Source of the DNA: Thermococcus sp. JdFR-02
Lineage (GTDB): Archaea; Methanobacteriota_B; Thermococci; Thermococcales; Thermococcaceae
Assembly: GCA_002009975.1 (NCBI GenBank)
Contig: MTLP01000028.1
Coordinates: forward strand, 44,534 to 108,533
Length of the DNA: 64,000 nt
Direction of reading: 5' to 3'
The notes under the pieces are model-generated. The model was not told where the DNA came from. It saw nothing but the letters and a program-made list of their open reading frames with translations, and searched no databases. Shown piece by piece: positions 10,934 to 22,350 of this stretch (its first letter is position 1; the number at the start of each line of letters is the position of its first letter). The position numbers and the translations under genes are program-made.

Positions 10934-12208
10934 TTAGCATCTTGACCCTTTTAACCCTTTTATTGGTATAAGGCTGAGGAAAACAAAAAGAGATGCTAAT
11001 GCAAAGTTTGTTTGAAAGCCGAAGTGCTGAACTATAAATCCACTTGCAAAGCTTCCTATAATGAATCCGCTTGAATTAACCAAGTTGAAAACTCCCATGA
11101 CAGTTCCTTTTTCATTTTCTCTAGCTAATTTCCCAATTATTGAAGTTGTGGATATGCCAATGAAGGACCATGAGTAGCCAGCCAGGAAATATGAGAGTAT
11201 GGCAATTATAAATGAGGCTACACTGTTGAGAAACACTCCTACAACTAGAAGGCTAATTCCAAAAAATCTCAAAATTAGACCTTCTCTGAGAACTTTGAAT
11301 CCTTCTTTTTCCTTGAGCATAATTCCAACCCTTGTGTACATATATGCCGAAATTGATGAGTTTATTATTGCAGCTAAATAAACGTGGGTTTTTTCAAATC
11401 CCCTGAAGATAAGAAATACTGGGTATTGAGAGAAATATAGACCTGTGGCAATCCAAAAAAGCATAGATGAGGTATAAAATCTTTTAAATCTTGAAAGGCT
11501 TTTTAGGGCGTTGGGTATATGGAGCATGAAGTTTGGCATGTAGCGCATCTTTTCTGTAACATAGTTAACGAAGACTCCAATACTTTGTCTGTTGACATAA
11601 ATTGGGGCTTCTCTAATCCATGAAAGACTTAGGATTATGGAGGGAATATTTAACAATGCAAATAAAATGAAAAGCTGTTTGATAGTCAAGATTCTTGAAA
11701 GGGCAAGCCCTAAGGATAATCCCAGCACCCATCCCCAGCCCCCAATTTCATTAAATTTCCCAATTCCATAGTCCCAGTTGAGCTTTCTTAAGCTCCTTAG
11801 GATGAGAACTATTGAAACGGAAAGGGTTGTTGCTAAAAAGAAGGTATAGATAGAATTGAGGGCTATAACGCCTTCTACACTGTTTATGAATGGGAGTAAC
11901 AATAGAAATAGGGTAACGCTCATGAATCCTGTTATTATGAAAACTTTTCTCTTCAAAGTTCTATCTGAAACTCTTCCCCAAAAGAGAGCACCAAGCATTG
12001 ATGATAAGCTCCCTAGGGAATTCATGATTCCGACATCTTGAGCACTTCCTCCCAGCTGGAGCAGATAGAGAGGCATTAAAATTGAAGTTCCCCCTGTTGA
12101 TACTTTAAATGGAATAAAGGAATAAAACCACTTGGGTACCTTTGTGGTGCCGTAATGTAGCCCTGACATCTTTTTAGCCATCATACTTGCGTGTACTCTC
12201 TTATTCAT
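10934..12208 (-). CDS. MFS transporter
   Basis: About 12 hydrophobic segments; motif A WGRVSDRTLKRK. Confidence 0.88.
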   Translation of the reverse strand: MNKRVHASMMAKKMSGLHYGTTKVPKWFYSFIPFKVSTGGTSILMPLYLLQLGGSAQDVGIMNSLGSLSSMLGALFWGRVSDRTLKRKVFIITGFMSVTLFLLLLPFINSVEGVIALNSIYTFFLATTLSVSIVLILRSLRKLNWDYGIGKFNEIGGWGWVLGLSLGLALSRILTIKQLFILFALLNIPSIILSLSWIREAPIYVNRQSIGVFVNYVTEKMRYMPNFMLHIPNALKSLSRFKRFYTSSMLFWIATGLYFSQYPVFLIFRGFEKTHVYLAAIINSSISAYMYTRVGIMLKEKEGFKVLREGLILRFFGISLLVVGVFLNSVASFIIAILSYFLAGYSWSFIGISTTSIIGKLARENEKGTVMGVFNLVNSSGFIIGSFASGFIVQHFGFQTNFALASLFVFLSLIPIKGLKGSRC

Positions 12209-12449
12209 TTTCCCACCAACTTTCAATTGAGGAATATTCCAATATCGTGCTTTTTATGCGGCTCATTGTAGCGGAGGGTAGAGTAGAGAAGAGTATTTAA
12301 ATCTTTCTATTCTAAAATTATGCCTTTTATCTCCAAATTAGCACGAATGCGACTAAATAAATCTTTGATGGAGAAATAGATGAAAATCCTTCTTCTAGTC
12401 GTTTTAAGAGGCTTATAAAAGGGAGTTCAGTATCTAATTTGGGGGGACA

Positions 12450-13367
12450 TTACTGCACTCTTTTTGATAGTATTATGCTCTTTTCTATGATCTTCGGCTT
12501 AAATTCCCTTATTTTGTTGTAGTCTTCCACAGACACAAGTGTCCTTAAAGTCTTAAATCCTAAATATTTAGCTCTATTTATGGCAAAACTTAGAGCTTCT
12601 TTTGGATTTTTGCCCCAAAGATAAAGATAGACAATTTTTGGGTTAGAGAAACTCTCTTTAAGGGTATAATAGTATTTATGCTCCATTATCCCAGTCTCAT
12701 AATAAATCTTATCGTTAATCCCAAAGATTTTGTCTTTTATAACAAACCAGTGGCAATAAGAGCTTTGAAACTTTCCGAAGATCATCTCTTTAGTTTTTAT
12801 CTTCTCCCATGGAAATTCCTCCATTTTTATGTTGACTTCTCTTTTGGGCGTCTCTGGGAGGTCTATATCTACTGAAAGTCCACTGTAAACCGTCTCATTG
12901 AACCCAAGCTTTGAGTAAAATCCTACAGCGTTGGGATCTGGAGTTACGGTTATTAACTCGCACTCTTTGTCTTTAGCTAACTCGAAGAGATATTCCAGAA
13001 TTGCTCTCCCAATACCCCTTCTCCTAAATTTTTTATGAACTTCTAAGACATCTAATTGGGCTATTCTTTTCATTTCTCCTTTTATTGGTTCCTCACTAAT
13101 TAAAACTTCTGCATGTCCGACTACTTTTCCATTTATCTCAGCCACTATAGGGCACTGATTTTCCAAGAGTAGTGTGTTTAAGTGAATGGCACAGCTTTCA
13201 ACGCTCATCCAAGGACCACCATGCAAATATCTGTCTCTAATCGTCAGGTTTTCATAAGCATCTTCTATCTTTGAGTCTCCGATATGTCTGTACCACTTTT
13301 CAATATCGGAGCAGTGCACTCTAGTAATTCCCTTTGCATCTTCTAACCTTGCCATTCTAATTTTCAT
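12450..13367 (-). CDS. GNAT-family N-acetyltransferase with C-terminal extension
   Basis: LEVHKKFRRRGIGR acetyl-CoA motif; AVGFYSKLGF. Confidence 0.85.
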   Translation of the reverse strand: MKIRMARLEDAKGITRVHCSDIEKWYRHIGDSKIEDAYENLTIRDRYLHGGPWMSVESCAIHLNTLLLENQCPIVAEINGKVVGHAEVLISEEPIKGEMKRIAQLDVLEVHKKFRRRGIGRAILEYLFELAKDKECELITVTPDPNAVGFYSKLGFNETVYSGLSVDIDLPETPKREVNIKMEEFPWEKIKTKEMIFGKFQSSYCHWFVIKDKIFGINDKIYYETGIMEHKYYYTLKESFSNPKIVYLYLWGKNPKEALSFAINRAKYLGFKTLRTLVSVEDYNKIREFKPKIIEKSIILSKRVQ

Positions 13368-13392
13368 AATAATTCACCAAAAAGAAATGAAA

Positions 13393-14358
13393 TTAAAACT
13401 CAGCCTCTGCTAAAAGTTCGAGTAAATTAAGCAATCTCCTATTTTCTACACTAGATATGGCTTCTCTAACCTCATCCTCTTTGATTTTACCATCCTTAAA
13501 GAGTGCAACAGCTTTAACACCTTCAAAGAACTGCTTCATTTCAGGGTCCTCTGAAACCCTTATGAACATATCCATGCTATTGTATATTGTTTCAAATTCA
13601 TCTTCAATCATCAGTTGCCATATAACATCTATCAGCGCTTCAAAAACGATATCTAAATATTCTCCCCTCTTTCCTTCAATCATTGCATATAAACATTCTT
13701 GCAAAGCTGCTTCATAGTTATCCTTATCTTCAAAAATTTCCTCAATAACTAGGTGAGCTTGAGATTTTATCGTTGGTTTGTCAATAAGTTTTGGTAATAG
13801 TTCAGCTATTTCTGCTTTTGCTTCGCTTATTTCACCCTTCTCAAACTTCAAATAAGCAATGTATACAAGCGTATGGAGGTAATCTTCCTCCCTTTCAAGC
13901 TCTTCAAATATTTCAGCAGCCTTTCCCATAAGGTCTATTGCCTTGTCATATTCTGTAAATTCCTCATGGATTAAACCCATGTTGTAGTATATCTTTGCTA
14001 TGTTCTCTTTGTTGCCCTTTTCGGTTTCCTCTTCAAGAATTTGAAGGTATAAATCAAGGGCTTTTTCAAGCTCTCCAATTAGAGCATATAAATCTGCAAG
14101 ATGGAACTTTGCATCAAATGTGTCTTCTTTCTTAACAAAGGCTTCAAATTCTCCTATTCTATCTTCCTCCAAAAATTCCAGATAGAAGTAGACAACCAGT
14201 TTGTAAAGCTCAAAATGTTTGCATTCAACGGCTAATTTTTCTGCCTTTTTCAAGATTTCACTAAGTTGTTCTCCCTCAAGTTCATCTGCTTTGTAATACA
14301 AAAGCTCAACCAACTTATCGCAGTCTTTCGTTTCTATTGCCTTTAAAATCTCTTCCAT
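13393..14358 (-). CDS. Tetratricopeptide-repeat protein
   Basis: Helical repeats such as LADLYALIGELEKALDLY and IYYNMGLIHEEFTEYDKAIDL. Confidence 0.8.
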   Translation of the reverse strand: MEEILKAIETKDCDKLVELLYYKADELEGEQLSEILKKAEKLAVECKHFELYKLVVYFYLEFLEEDRIGEFEAFVKKEDTFDAKFHLADLYALIGELEKALDLYLQILEEETEKGNKENIAKIYYNMGLIHEEFTEYDKAIDLMGKAAEIFEELEREEDYLHTLVYIAYLKFEKGEISEAKAEIAELLPKLIDKPTIKSQAHLVIEEIFEDKDNYEAALQECLYAMIEGKRGEYLDIVFEALIDVIWQLMIEDEFETIYNSMDMFIRVSEDPEMKQFFEGVKAVALFKDGKIKEDEVREAISSVENRRLLNLLELLAEAEF

Positions 14359-14448
14359 ATTTATCCCCAAATTATCATTTGGAAGTTGAGATATTTAACT
14401 TTTGGGAGAGCGATAGCCTTTTTATCTTAACCTTCCTAATCCTTAATC

Positions 14449-15345
14449 ATGCTAGAAATAGTTTTCCTTGGTACTGGTGGGATAATGCCAACTGAAGAGA
14501 GAAACGTTATTAGCATAGCTTTGAGATATGAGGGAGAGATTATTTTGTTTGATGTTGGTGAAGGGACTTTAAGGCAGATGAAAATTGCTAAAATAAGCCC
14601 AATGAAAATTGAAAAGATTTTTATCACGCATTTTCACGGTGATCATTACCTTGGCTTAATGAGTTTAATCCAGACGATGACTCTCTGGAATAGGGAAAAG
14701 CCTTTGCACATTTACGGACCAAAGTACACATACACTTTTATCCAAAATTATTTACAAAGCGGCTTTTTTAGACCTTCATTCCAAATTTATGTGCACGAAC
14801 TTGGTGAAAAAAGGATGGATTTTGATAAATACGAAATTTGGAGCTTTAAAGTTGAGCATGGGGTTCCAGCCTTAGGTTATGTGTTTAAGGAAAAAGATAA
14901 AAGAGGAGCCTTTGATTTGGGGAAAATAGCAGAACTTGGCTTAAAACCAGGTCCTTGGATGAAAGAACTCGAAATTAAAGGAAAAATAACCATAAATGGA
15001 AAAGCTGTTTATTTAGAAGATGTTACAAAGGGAAAGCAGAAGGGAGTTAAAGTTGTTTATAGCGGAGATACTGAACCGTGCGAAAGGATAAAGTTATTTT
15101 CAGAGAAGGCGGACATTTTGATACATGAAGCAACTTATCTAAGTGGAGAGGATAAAAATGAAAGCTATCACTCCACTGTGAGTGAAGCTTGTGAAGTTGC
15201 AAAAAGTTCAAAGGTTAAGCTCTTGGCTTTGGTTCATAGGGCACCAAGGTATAAATATAAGGAGTATTTAGAAAAAGCAAGAGAGCTTTGCAGTGTTCCT
15301 TTCATAGTTCCAAAGGACTTTGATAGGCTAACTTTTAATCGGTGA
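14449..15345 (+). CDS. rnz: Ribonuclease Z
   Basis: FLGTGG, THFHGDH, SGDT, HEAT, HST motifs; GP exosite. Confidence 0.95.
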   Translation: MLEIVFLGTGGIMPTEERNVISIALRYEGEIILFDVGEGTLRQMKIAKISPMKIEKIFITHFHGDHYLGLMSLIQTMTLWNREKPLHIYGPKYTYTFIQNYLQSGFFRPSFQIYVHELGEKRMDFDKYEIWSFKVEHGVPALGYVFKEKDKRGAFDLGKIAELGLKPGPWMKELEIKGKITINGKAVYLEDVTKGKQKGVKVVYSGDTEPCERIKLFSEKADILIHEATYLSGEDKNESYHSTVSEACEVAKSSKVKLLALVHRAPRYKYKEYLEKARELCSVPFIVPKDFDRLTFNR

Positions 15346-15350
15346 GAAGT

Positions 15351-16025
15351 ATGAGCTACTTACGCTACGTTAAAGTTGTTGGAACAATGCACGTTTCACC
15401 TCAAAGTAGAGAGAATGTGATGAAGGCTATTTTAAACGAAAAGCCCAATGCTATAGCTGTTGAACTTGATAATAGGAGATTTATTTCTCTTCAAATGCCA
15501 AAAAAAGAGCTTAAACTCGGGGATGCATTAAAATTTGGGAGGAGAGGAATAGTCCAATACATTTTGACAAAAGTTGAGGAAAAGCTGGGAGAAGAATTTG
15601 GAATGATGCCAGGGGGAGAAATGAAGGCAGCTATAGAGCTTGCCCAAACCTTTAGAATCCCTCTCTTTCTCATTGATGAGGACATAAACTTAATTACTAT
15701 GAAAATCTTGAAAGCGCCATTTAGAGAGAAATTTTTCCTGTTTTTGGAGAGTTTAACTGTGTTTTTGCCTATTTTGCCCTCAAGGGAAGTTAGGGAGAGT
15801 GATATCCTAAGAGAATTTAAGGACATGATGATTCAGTTTAAGCGCCGCTATCCTTACCTTTTCCATATTTTAGTTGAGGAGAGAAATGAGATAATGGCAA
15901 AAAACCTTAAAGCTATTGTTGATGAATTAAAGCGTAGAGGTGTTAAAAAACCGAGAGTATTAGCAGTGGTTGGTTTGGGGCATGTTAAAGGAATTGAGAG
16001 GGTTTTGAACTCTTACGGTGATTAG
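15351..16025 (+). CDS. TraB/PrgY-domain protein
   Basis: GTMHVS, AVELD, ERNEIMA, AVVGLGHVKGI motifs. Confidence 0.88.
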   Translation: MSYLRYVKVVGTMHVSPQSRENVMKAILNEKPNAIAVELDNRRFISLQMPKKELKLGDALKFGRRGIVQYILTKVEEKLGEEFGMMPGGEMKAAIELAQTFRIPLFLIDEDINLITMKILKAPFREKFFLFLESLTVFLPILPSREVRESDILREFKDMMIQFKRRYPYLFHILVEERNEIMAKNLKAIVDELKRRGVKKPRVLAVVGLGHVKGIERVLNSYGD

Positions 16026-16027
16026 CT

Positions 16028-16207
16028 ATGATTCAAAGATTAAGGCAAATGTTAAAAGTTGAGATACTTGAGGTGGAATATGAGGGGGATAAGATTATCG
16101 TTTACGTTCCGAGAGATCAGGTGCGGATTGCAGTTGGAAGTGGAGGTTCGGCAGTAAAAGCTGCAGAACTTGTTTTGGGTAAGAAAATAGAAATTAGGGG
16201 GAGATAA
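16028..16207 (+). CDS. Small single KH-domain protein (59 aa), absent from the ORF track
   Basis: Manual translation MIQRLRQMLKVEILEVEYEGDKIIVYVPRDQVRIAVGSGGSAVKAAELVLGKKIEIRGR; GxxG loop; GGTGA RBS upstream; fills the gap between neighbours. Confidence 0.85.
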   Translation: MIQRLRQMLKVEILEVEYEGDKIIVYVPRDQVRIAVGSGGSAVKAAELVLGKKIEIRGR

Positions 16208-16208
16208 A

Positions 16209-16787
16209 ATGAGATTAAATAAGCAAGAGCTTGAAGATTTAGCAATTTCATATTTTGTTTTACTACTCCTGTTTTCAAACTTTAATATTAAAGTTGTTCC
16301 ATACGTTGCCTTAGCAGTTCTAACTGCCTTTGTTTTTCATGAATTAGCCCATAGGCAAGTGGCTAAGAAATACGGCTATGTTGCATTTTACAAACGTTGG
16401 GACACTGGAATAATGATTGCCTTGCTCCTTGGTATATTAGGAAAAGCAGTTTTTGGTAAAGCAATTGTTTTTGCAGCCCTCGGAGCAGTCTATATTTATG
16501 CTCCCTACCAATATTGGGAGGATAAAGAAGCTGAAGGAAGAATAAGTTTTTCAGGACCTTTAACAAACATTGTAATTGGAATAGTTGCTGTGCTAATTCT
16601 AAAAACTATGAGCTTGCCTTTGGTGGCTACGTTTGCTCTATATTACACAGCGGCAGTTAACTTCTGGTTAGCGTTTTTCAACCTATTGCCAATCCCACCC
16701 TTGGATGGATATAAAGTGCTTAGGTGGAACACCGCATATTGGGCACTTGGGGTTGGATTTTCATATCTAATGTATTCTCTCCTTTAA
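16209..16787 (+). CDS. M50 (site-2) intramembrane metalloprotease
   Basis: HELAH, SGPLTN, FNLLPIPPLDG. Confidence 0.92.
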   Translation: MRLNKQELEDLAISYFVLLLLFSNFNIKVVPYVALAVLTAFVFHELAHRQVAKKYGYVAFYKRWDTGIMIALLLGILGKAVFGKAIVFAALGAVYIYAPYQYWEDKEAEGRISFSGPLTNIVIGIVAVLILKTMSLPLVATFALYYTAAVNFWLAFFNLLPIPPLDGYKVLRWNTAYWALGVGFSYLMYSLL

Positions 16788-16794
16788 TTTGTTT

Positions 16795-16811
16795 TTTCAC
16801 TCTTAGTGATA
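16795..16811 (+). promoter_or_regulatory. Thermococcales glycolytic motif (TGM; TrmBL1/Tgr site)
   Basis: TTTCAC-TCTTA-GTGATA, 1 mismatch to TATCAC-N5-GTGATA, upstream of pgi. Confidence 0.7.
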
Positions 16812-16867
16812 CAATATAGAAAGAGTTTTAACCACTAAAATGATATCCTATGTTGGAGGGAGTTAAT

Positions 16868-17437
16868 GTGGAGTACAAGGAACCTTTTGGAGTTAAACTC
16901 GACTTTGATAGTGGCATCATTGAGAAAGCTAAGAAAATCGTTAGAAGACTAAGCGATATGAAAGGCTATTATGTCAACGAGGAAGCATACGAAGAGCTTT
17001 TAAAGGAGAATCCAGTGATTTACGAAGTTTATGCAATTGAGCAGGAGGAAAAGGAAGGCGACTTAAACTTTGCGACAACTGTGTTACATCCGGGTAAAGT
17101 TGGCAATGAGTTCTTTATGACCAAAGGTCATTATCACGCGAAATTGGACAGGGCAGAAATTTATGTAGGGCTTAAAGGGAAGGGTGGAATGCTTTTACAG
17201 ACACCAGAAGGGGAAGCAAGATGGATTGAAATGGAAGAAGGAACAATCGTTTATGTTCCACCATACTGGGCACATAGGACAATAAATATTGGGAAGGAAC
17301 CATTTATATTCCTAGCTATTTATCCAGCAGATGCTGGTCACGACTATGGAACAATAGCAGAGAAAGGCTTTTCAAAGATTGTGGTGGAAGAAGAAAATAG
17401 AATCGTCGTGAAAGACAATCCAAAATGGAAGGATTGA
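16868..17437 (+). CDS. pgiA: Cupin-type glucose-6-phosphate isomerase
   Basis: FFMTKGHYHAKLDRAEIY, VYVPPYWAHRT, AGHDYG; GTG start after GGAGGG. Confidence 0.95.
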   Translation: MEYKEPFGVKLDFDSGIIEKAKKIVRRLSDMKGYYVNEEAYEELLKENPVIYEVYAIEQEEKEGDLNFATTVLHPGKVGNEFFMTKGHYHAKLDRAEIYVGLKGKGGMLLQTPEGEARWIEMEEGTIVYVPPYWAHRTINIGKEPFIFLAIYPADAGHDYGTIAEKGFSKIVVEEENRIVVKDNPKWKD

Positions 17438-17487
17438 ATTTTCTTTGATTTTATTTAATAATCTTCGTTTAATTTAAATCTTTCTAG

Positions 17488-18900
<1,413 letters not shown>

Positions 18901-18932
18901 CTCTTTTTTAATTTATTTTTAATATGGATAAA

Positions 18933-18941
18933 TTTTATATA
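18933..18941 (+). promoter_or_regulatory. TATA box of the mannosylglycerate operon
   Basis: TTTTATATA preceded by a purine-rich BRE, ~95 bp upstream of mpgS. Confidence 0.5.
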
Positions 18942-19034
18942 CGTCAATTGCCTAAAATACTATTGGTCAATTTTATGCCCCCTTGGTGGCTTAGCTGAGT
19001 TGAATAAAATTCTAATTCATTTGGAGGTGATGTT

Positions 19035-20219
19035 ATGCTTTTAGAGGCTCCTGTTTATAAAGAACTCTTTGGAGCGGTTGAAATATATGAGGTTCAAAAG
19101 GTGATAAAGCTTGATACAGAAACTGAAGATATTCACAGTTTCACAGTTAAGAATTTGCCCAGGGGTGATATATATAAAACCCTTGGAGAGATGGCGATTG
19201 TTGTTCCAATGAAAAATGAGAAGCTACAGCTTGTTGATGGTGTTTTAAAAGCAATCCCTCATAAATGTCCAATCATAATTGTTTCAAGCAGCAAAAGAGA
19301 GGGTCCAAACTTGTTTAAACAAGAAGTCGACTTAGTGAAGCACTTTTACAACTTAACGCACTCAAAGATAATTATGATTCATCAAAAGGATATTGGATTA
19401 GCAAAAGCCTTCAAAGAAGTAGGTTACACGGATATTTTAGATAGTAGTGGTAACATTAGAAGTGGAAAAGGGGAAGGTATGTTAATTGGTATTCTCTTAG
19501 CTAAAGCTATAGGTGCAAAGTATGTTGGATTTGTTGATGCCGACAACTACATTCCGGGAGCTGTCAATGAGTACGTTAAAGACTATGCTGCTGGCTTTTT
19601 AATGAGTGAAAGCGATTATGCAATGGTACGCCTAAGCTGGCGTCACAAACCAAAAGTAGGTAAGAGAGGATTGTATTTCAGAAAATGGGGAAGAGTTAGT
19701 GAAATAACCAACCGCTACATGAACATGCTTCTTGGGGAGGGTACAAACTTTGAAACGAACATAATTGTAACAGGGAATGCTGGGGAGCATGCAATGACAA
19801 CAAAATTAGCTGAAATACTACCTTTCTCCACTGGTTACTCTATTGAGCCTTTTGAACTTGTTTATTTATTTGAGAGATTTGGACGCTGGGAGAACGTTGA
19901 GGAGTATCAAGATATTTATGACCAAGGAATTGAAGTCTTCCAGATTGAAACCTTGAATCCGCACTTGCATGAAGAAAAGGGTCAGGAACATGTTAAAGAC
20001 ATGATACTAATGTCATTGGCGACGATTTATCACTCAAAGCTGGCATCTGAACGCTTAAGGCAAAGAATCCTTGATGATCTTAAAATGCATGGAATCTTGG
20101 GAGATGATGAAGAGCCAAAGAAGCCCATTGTAATGAGAGCAATTAAGGATATAGACGTTGAGAAATGGATAAAAGTTCTTGAGAACAACTCTGAGTCGTT
20201 GTTAAAGTTTGAGCTATAA
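19035..20219 (+). CDS. mpgS: Mannosyl-3-phosphoglycerate synthase
   Basis: [43 protein letters not shown]. Confidence 0.95.
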   Translation: MLLEAPVYKELFGAVEIYEVQKVIKLDTETEDIHSFTVKNLPRGDIYKTLGEMAIVVPMKNEKLQLVDGVLKAIPHKCPIIIVSSSKREGPNLFKQEVDLVKHFYNLTHSKIIMIHQKDIGLAKAFKEVGYTDILDSSGNIRSGKGEGMLIGILLAKAIGAKYVGFVDADNYIPGAVNEYVKDYAAGFLMSESDYAMVRLSWRHKPKVGKRGLYFRKWGRVSEITNRYMNMLLGEGTNFETNIIVTGNAGEHAMTTKLAEILPFSTGYSIEPFELVYLFERFGRWENVEEYQDIYDQGIEVFQIETLNPHLHEEKGQEHVKDMILMSLATIYHSKLASERLRQRILDDLKMHGILGDDEEPKKPIVMRAIKDIDVEKWIKVLENNSESLLKFEL

Positions 20220-20228
20220 GGTGTTAGC

Positions 20229-20963
20229 ATGAAAGTGATTTTCCTTGATTTGGACAAGACTTTGATTGGTGAAGATTATTCACCAGAACCAGCAAAGCCG
20301 ATAATTGAAAAGCTAAAAAAGCTTGAGTTTAAAATAATTTTTAACTCATCAAAGACAAGGGCTGAGCAGGAATACTACAGAGAAGCATTAAATATTAAGG
20401 AGCCATTCATAGTTGAGAACGGAAGTGCAGTTTACATACCAAAGGATTATTTTCCATTTAACTTTAAATTTACGAGAGAGGATGCAGATTACTACATTAT
20501 AGAGCTTGGTGAAAGGTATCCGGTTATTAAGGAAACTTTAGACAAGATCAGTGAAGATTTTGGGCTTAAATATTATGGGAATTCAAGCATTGAGGAAGTC
20601 ATGAAATTTACAAATCTTCCAAGAAAACTTGCCAGACTTGCCATGATAAGAGAATACTCAGAAACCATATTTAAATGGGAAAAAGAAGGATTTGAGAGAG
20701 CTTTAGAGAGAAATGGTTTAAAAGTTGTAAAAGGAAGCAGGTTTTACAATGTAACGGGAAAAACAGATAAAGGAAAAGCTACTAAGATTGTCCTAAGCTT
20801 GTACTCCAAAATTGGAGAAGTTGAGAGCTATGCTGTTGGGGATGGTTTAAATGATGTTCCAATGCTCGATGCTGTTGACTTCGCTTTCATTGTTGGAGAT
20901 CTAAAACATCCGAATGCTAAAAATATAAGATCGATAAAAGAAATCTTGGAGGTGATGGAATGA
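20229..20963 (+). CDS. mpgP: Mannosyl-3-phosphoglycerate phosphatase (HAD IIB)
   Basis: DLDKTL, SSKTRAE, REYSE, GDGLND; adjacent to mpgS. Confidence 0.93.
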   Translation: MKVIFLDLDKTLIGEDYSPEPAKPIIEKLKKLEFKIIFNSSKTRAEQEYYREALNIKEPFIVENGSAVYIPKDYFPFNFKFTREDADYYIIELGERYPVIKETLDKISEDFGLKYYGNSSIEEVMKFTNLPRKLARLAMIREYSETIFKWEKEGFERALERNGLKVVKGSRFYNVTGKTDKGKATKIVLSLYSKIGEVESYAVGDGLNDVPMLDAVDFAFIVGDLKHPNAKNIRSIKEILEVME

Positions 20964-22327
20964 AAACGCTTATTTTAGCTGGAGGAAAGGGAACTCGATT
21001 GTGGCCATTAAGTAGGGAATTAATGCCAAAACAATTTACAAAAATTTTCGACAGTTATTCCCTCTTTCAAAAGACTGTTGAAAGGGCTTTGCTTTTTTCA
21101 AAGCCAAAGGAAATTTATGTTGTGACTAATAAGGAGTATAAGTTTAGAGTTTTAGATGACCTTAGGGAAATAGGCATAGAGCTTTCTGAGGAAAACATTC
21201 TTTTAGAGCCTGTTGGTAAAAACACTCTTCCCGCTATTTATTGGGGAATAAAGACTATTCAAGAGGATTATGGAAAATCAAAAGTCGCTGTTTTACCTTC
21301 AGATCATTTAATAGATGCTAATGAAAATTATATCGAAGCATTTAGCAATGGAGAAAAACTTGCTGGGGAACATCTCGTAACATTTGGAATCAAGCCAACG
21401 AAACCTCACACAGGGTATGGTTATATAAAACCAGGGAAAGCATTAGAGGGTGGATTTAAAGTTGATGAATTTAAAGAGAAGCCAGATTTTGAAACGGCTA
21501 AGAAATATGTTGAAAAAGGCTACTTTTGGAACAGTGGAATGTTCTTATTTGATAGCGAGCTTTTCATAGAAGAAGTGAAAAAATTAGCACCAGAGGTCTA
21601 CAAGGCATTTGAAGAGTCAAACACCATTGAAGAAGCATATGAGAAAATTCATGATGTTTCTGTTGATTATGGAATAATGGAAAAGACAAATAAGGCTGCT
21701 GTTGTGCCTTTAGATACTTACTGGAATGACTTGGGAAGTTTTGATGCAATTTATGAAGTTTTCAAGAAAGATGAAAATGGAAATGCAGTTAAGGGGGAAC
21801 ACATAGGAATTGAGTCCCAAGACAATTTGATAATGACCGAGAGACTGACTGCGACTGTTGGAGTTAAGGATTTGATAATAATTGATACGGGAGATGCTTT
21901 ATTGGTTGCTCAAAGGGGAGAGGCACAGAAAGTTAAGAAAGTTTATAATATCCTTAAAGAGAGAAACGACCAAAGAGCAATTGTTCACAGAACAGCTTAT
22001 AGACCTTGGGGAAGTTACACTGTTTTAGAAGATGGAGAAGGATATAAAATAAAGCGTATAACAGTTCTGCCAAAGCGCAGATTAAGCTTGCAAAGGCACT
22101 ACCACAGAAGTGAACATTGGGTCGTTGTAAGCGGGACTGCTAGAGTTATAGTTGGTGACAAGGAAATCCTCTTGAGACCTGGGGAAAGCACATTTATTCC
22201 TGCTGGAGTGAAGCATAGATTAGAGAATCCTGGGTTGATACCTTTGGAGGTTATAGAAGTTCAAATTGGACAATACTTGGGTGAAGATGACATAGAAAGA
22301 TTTCAAGATGACTTTGGAAGAGACTGA
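20960..22327 (+). CDS. manC: Bifunctional mannose-1-phosphate guanylyltransferase / mannose-6-phosphate isomerase
   Basis: LAGGKGTRLWPLSR, WNSGMF; C-terminal cupin RPWGSY...LQRHYHRSEHW. Confidence 0.93.
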   Translation: MKTLILAGGKGTRLWPLSRELMPKQFTKIFDSYSLFQKTVERALLFSKPKEIYVVTNKEYKFRVLDDLREIGIELSEENILLEPVGKNTLPAIYWGIKTIQEDYGKSKVAVLPSDHLIDANENYIEAFSNGEKLAGEHLVTFGIKPTKPHTGYGYIKPGKALEGGFKVDEFKEKPDFETAKKYVEKGYFWNSGMFLFDSELFIEEVKKLAPEVYKAFEESNTIEEAYEKIHDVSVDYGIMEKTNKAAVVPLDTYWNDLGSFDAIYEVFKKDENGNAVKGEHIGIESQDNLIMTERLTATVGVKDLIIIDTGDALLVAQRGEAQKVKKVYNILKERNDQRAIVHRTAYRPWGSYTVLEDGEGYKIKRITVLPKRRLSLQRHYHRSEHWVVVSGTARVIVGDKEILLRPGESTFIPAGVKHRLENPGLIPLEVIEVQIGQYLGEDDIERFQDDFGRD

Positions 22328-22350
22328 GCTTTAAATGTGAGGTGATTAAA

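Noticed and set aside
16829-16845. Second TGM upstream of pgiA
   Set aside because: Left half-site and spacing match poorly
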